DNA of 40,613 nt from positions 1 to 40,613 of the IMG/VR virus record IMGVR_UViG_3300011427_000005; one strand, given 5' to 3'. Shown here in pieces: positions 33,940 through 40,613 of this stretch; positions within the stretch are counted from its first letter, which is position 1; every line of letters begins with the position of its first letter. The notes below the pieces were generated by a model. That model worked only from the letters and a program-made list of their open reading frames with translations, was not told the DNA's origin and made no database searches. The position numbers and the translations under genes are program-made. The DNA comes from a virus (lineage: Duplodnaviria > Caudoviricetes).

Positions 33940-33974
33940 AACGGCGGGCATGAATACCGCCCGCCGTTTGTAAT
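33940..33974 (+). terminator. Intrinsic terminator after MCP
   Basis: AACGGCGGGC-N9-GCCCGCCGTT TGTAATT. Confidence 0.65.
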
Positions 33975-34008
33975 TTACGAAGTGCCCCTTGTGGGTATAG
34001 GAGTCAAA

Positions 34009-34332
34009 ATGGAAGAAGAAAAAGAATCCAAAAAGGCAAAGGTTGTCAAACCGCTTGAAGCGAAGGTCAAGCCTGAATATTTCATGAACTCCCTGATCGC
34101 CTTTAGCGGGCGCGTCTACTCAAAATTGATTTGGAATCCTGTTCCGATAGGGCAGGAGGAAAACGCACGCAATCATGAGTGGCTCGAAGTGCGTGAGTAC
34201 AGCTTCAAGACCTCCGAAAAGGAACGCGAGGCAGTTAACCGGGGCGAGGTGGAAGAAGTCGAAGCCAAGCCGCTACCCGTCAAGAAAAGCGAACCCATGT
34301 TCACGCGCACGCGCAAGGATAAGGAAGAATGA
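34009..34332 (+). CDS. Hypothetical charged protein
   Basis: AGGAG RBS before MEEEK. Confidence 0.6.
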   Translation: MEEEKESKKAKVVKPLEAKVKPEYFMNSLIAFSGRVYSKLIWNPVPIGQEENARNHEWLEVREYSFKTSEKEREAVNRGEVEEVEAKPLPVKKSEPMFTRTRKDKEE

Positions 34333-34697
34333 ATCTATCTGGGCCGCATAAGGTCACAGTTCCTGATTATCCTGCTACCGGTTTTTCGGTTGATATATCT
34401 CTAATCGGCTTGGTGTTGGGAATTGGCATTGTCTACGAACTGGACGCGGTTTACTCCGCATCCCTGGACATTGCCATTACTGGCAGCGGCGATAATATGC
34501 CTGACCTGGATATTTATTCCCTAGCCAGCGCGGCTACTGATGGATGGGTCTATCCGACCGCGCTAATATCAGACACAGCCGGCGCGGCGATTGCAGACCA
34601 ATACAATATAGGCGTGCCTGTGTTTGGGAATGTGAACATTGCCATAGCCAACGCCTACCCCGGCGACGTGGTCTACGTCACATTTATCCTTGGATAA
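34329..34697 (+). CDS. Hypothetical virion protein
   Basis: 122 aa beta-rich, ATGA coupling. Confidence 0.55.
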   Translation: MNLSGPHKVTVPDYPATGFSVDISLIGLVLGIGIVYELDAVYSASLDIAITGSGDNMPDLDIYSLASAATDGWVYPTALISDTAGAAIADQYNIGVPVFGNVNIAIANAYPGDVVYVTFILG

Positions 34698-34702
34698 TTA
34701 CC

Positions 34703-35230
34703 ATGACCCCTGCCGCCGATAGCTACGGTTCAGCCGAGGGAGTCGCCGCGTTTTCAGGGACGTGGACGAACGACGGAGAATTTCTGGATGCAACTGTATA
34801 TGTAGCCGCATCCAATCCGACCCTGACAACCGTTGAAACCTGGATCGATGAAGTATCTGCGATGCTCAATACTGCCTTGGGTAATTATGGTTTTGAAACT
34901 CCGCTGACAAGCTCAAAATCCTTATTGGTAGCCGGCGCAATCGTCAACCGGTTGGTATCTGATTTGGTGGACTTTGCAAGAAGCAAAGGCAGATTCCTGT
35001 CGTCCGGTTTTGAAAAAAGCGGCATGAGTATCTTTCAGGCGCTGATGAATGACCTGGACGCCTGGGTGCTGGTGTATGCCCCTGGAATCGAAGCGAACGG
35101 AGATCCTCGCACCGGCGCGGGCGTGCGCATCGGATTCAGGTCACACGATGAAGCGGGCGAGGCAATCACGCCCATTTTCCAACGCAAGGAATTTGGTAAC
35201 GTGATTCGGGATTGGGACAAGAATGAATAA
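34703..35230 (+). CDS. Head-tail adaptor (Mu gp36-like)
   Basis: YGSAEGV...WIDEVSAMLNTALGNYGFETPL. Confidence 0.6.
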   Translation: MTPAADSYGSAEGVAAFSGTWTNDGEFLDATVYVAASNPTLTTVETWIDEVSAMLNTALGNYGFETPLTSSKSLLVAGAIVNRLVSDLVDFARSKGRFLSSGFEKSGMSIFQALMNDLDAWVLVYAPGIEANGDPRTGAGVRIGFRSHDEAGEAITPIFQRKEFGNVIRDWDKNE

Positions 35231-36647
35231 TAGCTCAATCTTGAGATATGCCAGGAGACGAAAAGTAGGGGGGGACACCATTGCGCCGACTGTGGTGATT
35301 ACCAGCACAGAGACAAGCCCAAGTTATATTTCCCCCATCCCCCTGACATTTACGCTCTCGGAAGTGGCTACTGATTTTGTGGTGGGTGATATTGCGGTTG
35401 GAGCCGGTGGAAGCATTGGAAACTTTTCGGGCAGTGGGACATCCTATACCGCTGATTTGACCATCACCACGGCGGCGGCAACTGTCACGGTGAACGTGGC
35501 GGCAAACGCCTTCCACGATGCGGCTGGAAACGGGAACACGGCAGCAACGCAGTTTAGCATGACATCCGCCCTGTTGTTATTCGACCAATTCATAACTGCT
35601 GACGCTACGCCAATTACCACCCCACGCACTTGTGAACCAGGGCCCGGAACATTTGTTGTGACAGATACGGGTAGTAAGGCGGCAATTGCATCCGGGCAAC
35701 TCGTATTCAGCGGCTTTACAGGTGGGGGTAATCCTGCGCTATGGGGTGGGTTGCAAACCAACGCGGCAGGTCTGGCGTTTGGGATAGGGCTACGGAGTGA
35801 CCCCAATGACGCGGGCTATATTTATATGGGGCTGGACAGCAATCAAGCCGGCATCCCCATTACCCGCATGACATATAGTCCAGCATCTCAAACCATCACC
35901 ACCCTGGCAGACGGAGGTTATGCCCCGCCTTTTATTTCTCCGTCTCTGGTGCGTGCGACCATGCACAAATATTTGATGATACATAGAGGCAGTACGGCAG
36001 GTCTTTTGTTTTTGGTCAAGCCCAGCGGCGGCAGTTGGACTCTCGCCTGGCCCACCAATGACGATTCTTCCAGCGCCTTATATCCGACTGTGGGTATGGA
36101 GTATTGGGAATCGAGCAATGCATACGCGGATAATGCAAAAGTTGTTTCCCTGCCCGCACCACTAAACACTGCCAATGGATTAGCAACGCAGGCATTGACG
36201 GGCAGCAGGAGCCAGGGCGATGCGTTTGTGCATCTTGGAGATTGTTTCATCGGATTTTATAACACCACCCTGCCCGCCAGCGGGCAGCACGAAATCCAAT
36301 TCAGGAAACAAGATGCAACAAACTACTGGCAGGTAACGATAGATTCCACGGGTGCGATTGACCTGGATGAGATTGTAGCCGGCGTGACGACCCAACGCGG
36401 GACGGGTGCGGGAGTTGTGAACGGCAATCGAGTCATAATTCAGGCGATAGGAACAACCATCCGCGTGTCAATTGGCGCAATCGGAGAAACGCAAAAAATA
36501 AATTATACGAGTGCATCCAATTTTGCCACATCAACTGATGGATCATTGTTGACCCTTGGAGCTAGTGGAGCAGTTAGTAATATCATCTCATGGCCCCGCA
36601 CGATTACGGGCGCAATAGCTACCATTCTAGATGCGGTGTTCCCGTGA
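35223..36647 (+). CDS. Ig-like domain virion protein
   Basis: DTIAPTVVI...FTLSE...DF...DI.V...GSGTSYT...DAAGNGN bacterial Ig-like motif. Confidence 0.7.
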   Translation: MNNSSILRYARRRKVGGDTIAPTVVITSTETSPSYISPIPLTFTLSEVATDFVVGDIAVGAGGSIGNFSGSGTSYTADLTITTAAATVTVNVAANAFHDAAGNGNTAATQFSMTSALLLFDQFITADATPITTPRTCEPGPGTFVVTDTGSKAAIASGQLVFSGFTGGGNPALWGGLQTNAAGLAFGIGLRSDPNDAGYIYMGLDSNQAGIPITRMTYSPASQTITTLADGGYAPPFISPSLVRATMHKYLMIHRGSTAGLLFLVKPSGGSWTLAWPTNDDSSSALYPTVGMEYWESSNAYADNAKVVSLPAPLNTANGLATQALTGSRSQGDAFVHLGDCFIGFYNTTLPASGQHEIQFRKQDATNYWQVTIDSTGAIDLDEIVAGVTTQRGTGAGVVNGNRVIIQAIGTTIRVSIGAIGETQKINYTSASNFATSTDGSLLTLGASGAVSNIISWPRTITGAIATILDAVFP

Positions 36648-37621
36648 TAAACAGGCGCGCTTTTCTCAAGCTGGCAGGATTATCTCCGTTCATGGTTTTG
36701 CCTCCGCTCATGCCGTCTAGCATTACCACTGTTACTACTCAAGCAGAGTTTGACAGCGTGATGGCTGGCGGTTCACAGCCGGGCGCGATCATCATTCTGC
36801 ATGGTGAATTTCAGTTGTCGCAATTTCTCTCGATTGCGGGAACGCAGGAAAATCCCGTGCGTGTGTTTGGAGGAGATGCAACATTGTATGGTCAGTTATC
36901 CATTGATGGAGTACATACACACTGGCACGACCTGCATGTCATCGCACCACCTGAGCAGTATACCGTTTGGATGGTGCGGGAAGGGACTAGATTGTCCCAT
37001 TGCGATTTGGCGGGCGGCTACATTGGGGTGTGCTGGTTCGGGAGCGGCGAGGGGGTCATTGAAGATAGCCACATCCACGGGACTTCCGGCTACGGGTTGT
37101 ACAGTCATAACCATCTGGGCGGCTTGCGGGAAATCATCAATTGCACATTCGAGAATATTGGCGGTTACTATGGGATGCACTTCTACAGCGATGCAAACCG
37201 CATACGGGATTATATTGTGGCGGGTTGTACGGTGGATAAGCCGGTGATCGTTCATTCTGGCGCAGAGGTATCCAACGTTAATTTTATCGAGAACAATTTC
37301 CATTCGGCGTTGAAGCTCGGCAATGGTTTTTCTGTGAGCAATAAGCGTCAATATATAGTGACTGGCAATACATTTAGCGGCACGGAGGGCATCACTGTGT
37401 GGTCGTGGAGCGACCTGGTTATGCTGGATAATGTGTTCGACATAGAGCCCGCAACGTGGGCATTGAATGTGCATGTCAGGCACGGGGAGAACGAGAAAAA
37501 CACCCTGATAGATAACAATAGTTATGCGCCTGGGTGGTTTGTAATAGACAACGTGGATTGGATTAATTTTGAGAGTTGGCAGGCGGCAGGATATGATGCG
37601 AATGGAGTATATATCCCGTGA
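36644..37621 (+). CDS. Right-handed beta-helix (pectate-lyase-like) protein with Tat-type signal
   Basis: GTG start, NRRAFLKLAGL; IEDSHIHG, IINCTFEN, VTGNTF repeats. Confidence 0.7.
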   Translation: MINRRAFLKLAGLSPFMVLPPLMPSSITTVTTQAEFDSVMAGGSQPGAIIILHGEFQLSQFLSIAGTQENPVRVFGGDATLYGQLSIDGVHTHWHDLHVIAPPEQYTVWMVREGTRLSHCDLAGGYIGVCWFGSGEGVIEDSHIHGTSGYGLYSHNHLGGLREIINCTFENIGGYYGMHFYSDANRIRDYIVAGCTVDKPVIVHSGAEVSNVNFIENNFHSALKLGNGFSVSNKRQYIVTGNTFSGTEGITVWSWSDLVMLDNVFDIEPATWALNVHVRHGENEKNTLIDNNSYAPGWFVIDNVDWINFESWQAAGYDANGVYIP

Positions 37622-37706
37622 CCGCCGACAAACTGATTACTGCAAGCATTATGTTCATGACTGCGCTGTGCGTCCTGGCGCTGGCTGTTTTAGGAAGGAT
37701 ATTATC

Positions 37707-38135
37707 GTGAGCAGACCCATATCCGAAATGCCCGCCTTTGTCAACGGACTATTTACCGATATATGTGAGGTGCTATTCGAGACTGCCACGAACGTCAAGG
37801 TTCGCATGGCAGAGCCGGGGAGTCTCATAACATATCCCGTGCAATGGGACTCTCCGAAACAACGCGCCGCCTTTTTTGCGTCTAACGGATTTGGAAAAGG
37901 CATCCCGTACAAGCGCACGGGCGCGTACGAGCGAAGCTGGACAGTGGAAAGACAACCATTAGGCACAACGTTACACGCGCCACATCCAGCCGGCGCAATC
38001 GGCGGCACGGCTTCGGGCTGGCAAAGTAAGATACATAGAAATAGATGGAATCATGTGGTGAAAGTTTTATTTGAGGAGCTTGCGAAGATACCGGACGCGA
38101 TAAGCAACAAATTTAGTGTGAGGAGTCGTACGTAG
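37707..38135 (+). CDS. Neck/tail completion protein (HK97 gp10-like)
   Basis: AGGAAGG upstream of GTG; PYKRTGAYERSW. Confidence 0.55.
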   Translation: MSRPISEMPAFVNGLFTDICEVLFETATNVKVRMAEPGSLITYPVQWDSPKQRAAFFASNGFGKGIPYKRTGAYERSWTVERQPLGTTLHAPHPAGAIGGTASGWQSKIHRNRWNHVVKVLFEELAKIPDAISNKFSVRSRT

Positions 38136-38149
38136 GATGGGTATATCCA

Positions 38150-38584
38150 ATGACTGAGCCTTATACCGCAGCAGTCGGCGCGCTCATGACCGCTGTACGA
38201 ACATTGACAACTTATTTCCCGAACGCCTGGCAGGTCTCTTACAACCATTCAGACGTGACACGCGGCGCGGAGTATTTCTTTTTTTGCACGCCCTCCGCGT
38301 TTCCGAATACACGTCTGGACGGACGCGAGAAATTGTACCAATGGCAAACGGACGTTGACATCTACATGAGGTACATAACGGAGGCAGAGTCCATCCCAAA
38401 ATTTATCGCCTTTCGTGGCGCGATTATCACCCTGTTGCACACGCCGCGCGTCCTGAAAAATGTGAACGTGACAAGAGTTACCGTCGTTAGCTCGAATAAG
38501 TTGCAACAGGATATACCCGGACGCAACCCGAATTTTCTCATTCAGGCGTTGACGGTGACGACAGAACAGATCGTAAGCAGTTAG
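38150..38584 (+). CDS. Putative tail terminator
   Basis: 144 aa immediately before the major tail gene. Confidence 0.5.
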   Translation: MTEPYTAAVGALMTAVRTLTTYFPNAWQVSYNHSDVTRGAEYFFFCTPSAFPNTRLDGREKLYQWQTDVDIYMRYITEAESIPKFIAFRGAIITLLHTPRVLKNVNVTRVTVVSSNKLQQDIPGRNPNFLIQALTVTTEQIVSS

Positions 38585-38641
38585 ATTGCGTTTCTAATAA
38601 TAACATTTATCGAAAGCATAAAATAGAAAAGGAGTAATACC

Positions 38642-39481
38642 ATGCCATACGCACCCCCCACTGGAATCGGAGTCGGCATCGACCTATGGAGCGTAAAATT
38701 CTTTCCGCTGAAAAGCGACGGAACGATAGACGCGCCGCCTTATCCCGTTGCCGCTGAAACGCCCTACGAAGGCTTGACGCTCGGCAAAGCCAAGACCCTG
38801 CAACCCAACCTCGGAGCGCCTCGCACCATCCCCGTAGTGGCGCAGGGCAGAGTCCAGACGACATTCATTCTGCCGCCCACGGACGCAAAGACCGCAGAAC
38901 TCCATCTTGCCTATATAGATATGGAAGTTTTCGCGGAGTTGTCGAAAGTCAAGACCCGTACCATCGGCGGCGCGCGCGGAATGGCAGCCGGAACCAACAA
39001 ACAGGGACTCGAACTATCAGGCGCAATGCTGGTATCACAGCTGCAATTCCACACGGACGACGGACTGGATGCCTGGCACTCGTATCTATTCCCGCGTGTC
39101 AAAGCGGCAATCACGTGGCCGGCGTTCAACGAGAATCCAATTGACGTAACAGTCACCATGTCTTTGTCATCCGCAAAAAAGCACCTATGGGGTGCGGCGC
39201 TGACCGAAGCGGATGATGGCGCAACCGAGTTTGCCATGTGGCCATTCCAGACCTGGGGCTTGCCGAATATCGTGGCATGGGTTGGAGATGCGGCGGAAAC
39301 CACTTTCCTATTGCCAGCCGATGCACAGGCAAATTCTACATTTGTCGATACGTTCGTGGTTTATAACTCGACTACCGGCGCGGTTATCTCTGGCACACCA
39401 TCAGCAGCAAACTTTATAGCCGGCGCCGCTCCTGCTGCGAATGCAATTGTGATGGGATTCTATGAGCAAGTCGAAGGTTAG
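38642..39481 (+). CDS. Major tail tube protein
   Basis: AAGGAG RBS; 279 aa; position before chaperone and TMP. Confidence 0.65.
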   Translation: MPYAPPTGIGVGIDLWSVKFFPLKSDGTIDAPPYPVAAETPYEGLTLGKAKTLQPNLGAPRTIPVVAQGRVQTTFILPPTDAKTAELHLAYIDMEVFAELSKVKTRTIGGARGMAAGTNKQGLELSGAMLVSQLQFHTDDGLDAWHSYLFPRVKAAITWPAFNENPIDVTVTMSLSSAKKHLWGAALTEADDGATEFAMWPFQTWGLPNIVAWVGDAAETTFLLPADAQANSTFVDTFVVYNSTTGAVISGTPSAANFIAGAAPAANAIVMGFYEQVEG

Positions 39482-39520
39482 AAAATTGACACCTGGCATG
39501 AGATTGAGAAAGCGTAACAA

Positions 39521-40162
39521 ATGACAAAGCACAAGACTCAAATAGTGGATAGGCAGATCGTCAAAGCGACCTGGGATATATCCATGCTGCGCGCCGACTT
39601 GGAGGATCAATCCAAGTTAAACGTTTCGGATAATCCCGATAAAGTGCTGGCGTATTTCATGGAGAACATCTATCCCGGACTCGCCGCGTGTACGACTCCC
39701 CTGCCGACGCTGAACGAAGCCTACTCCATGACTCCGTCTGATTTGGATGCCTGGTATTTGCAGGCGCGTAAGGTAAATCCTGCCTGGTTTGATGATAGCG
39801 AACTGACCGAGGAGTATATTACGTTCTCGGATGGCAAAAAGATAACCGTATTATCCAAACGCCCGTCAACGCTTATGAAACGCGCGGCGCTGGAGGTGGC
39901 AGTCGAAGAGGGCGCAACGCTGGAAAATATCAGGCGCGAGGTGTTCCGCTCGATCTATTATCCAAAACTTGCCGGATGTTCGGTCGGAGATGTGCCTGAC
40001 GAACTGACCGCCCGCTCTGAGATGACGATGGAAGATTTGAATCTTTGGTATGAGGCGTGTAAACGTCAATGTCCGGAATGGTTCGTGAGTCTCGAAGAAT
40101 TGGCAGCTCAGAACCAGGCAGAACAAAACGGGCTGAAAAAAAAAGAAGAGACGCCCGTATAG
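39521..40162 (+). CDS. Tail assembly chaperone (G-like), internally duplicated domain
   Basis: Between MTP and TMP; ends at an A9 slippery site. Confidence 0.7.
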   Translation: MTKHKTQIVDRQIVKATWDISMLRADLEDQSKLNVSDNPDKVLAYFMENIYPGLAACTTPLPTLNEAYSMTPSDLDAWYLQARKVNPAWFDDSELTEEYITFSDGKKITVLSKRPSTLMKRAALEVAVEEGATLENIRREVFRSIYYPKLAGCSVGDVPDELTARSEMTMEDLNLWYEACKRQCPEWFVSLEELAAQNQAEQNGLKKKEETPV

Positions 40163-40434
40163 AGGTTCTTCAATTCATAGAGCCGTTGGTCAATCAAGAA
40201 CCCAAGACCGACATCCCGATTGGTCTTGACATTGATATGCAAGTTTTTAGAAGATGTAAGCCACTTTGGCTGTTATGGAGATCGACAGGGAGCTTTGATG
40301 GTAATGGAAATTTTTTTCCCTCCATCTCCTTCTTAGAGGCGCGAAGTTTGCCAAAGGAGGAGATTGATTTATTTTACGAGCTTGACAGTTTGTTAGCGAT
40401 TCGACAAAAGCAAATGAGAGATAAAAAATCATGA
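40136..40434 (+). CDS. Tail chaperone -1 frameshift extension (GT-like)
   Basis: CTG AAA AAA AAA GAA; -1 frame continues KKRRDARIEV... to 40434 and has no strong start of its own. Confidence 0.7.
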
Positions 40435-40613
40435 CCCTCCCCAGTGGTTCACAGTCATTTGATGTAATCATAGATTTGCTTCTCAAGGGCGATGCTGATG
40501 CAAAGTCAAAACTTGAAGGCATTGAAAAAGAGGCAATCAAGGCGGGCAAGACTCTTGCCGACTTTTCCACAGAACAACTTGTACAACTCAAGGCGCTCGC
40601 ACAGGCGGAGGAA
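40431..40613 (+). CDS. Tape measure protein, N-terminal part (3' truncated)
   Basis: MTLPSGSQSFDVIIDLLLKGDA..., ATGA overlap with chaperone stop, open to window end. Confidence 0.7.
   Translation, partial: MTLPSGSQSFDVIIDLLLKGDADAKSKLEGIEKEAIKAGKTLADFSTEQLVQLKALAQAEE

Overview
The window is a near-complete genome of a tailed dsDNA phage (siphovirus-like, with a Mu-like head module). It starts and ends inside the tape-measure gene. The + strand carries tail tip and lysis genes (1-7.5 kb) and a GIY-YIG endonuclease, terminase, portal, head and tail genes (23-40.6 kb). The - strand carries the early/replication arm (22.8 kb down to 7.5 kb). The main finding is an integron-type gene cassette array at the distal end of the early arm (about 7519-12425, - strand). 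It has an attI-like site at about 12387-12425 and 11 attC-like sites (8 intact, 3 degenerate) that delimit 11 cassettes of small, phage-like, often Cys-rich genes. The 5' GTT end of most cassettes is complementary to the R'' box of the attC closing that same cassette, which is the signature expected from IntI-type circular cassette insertion. I see no integron integrase or any tyrosine recombinase, so the phage may borrow a host IntI (inference). In every cassette the terminal gene is translated into its attC. Three cassettes carry their own consensus sigma70 promoter with a palindromic operator and a putative autoregulator. Other items: a c4-like antisense RNA before the replication initiator, iterons, a -1 frameshift in the tail chaperone, glycosyltransferase-like genes in the packaging module and a Tat-signal beta-helix protein. 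A Chloroflexota host is only a guess. All product calls come from reading motifs by eye; no database search was run.
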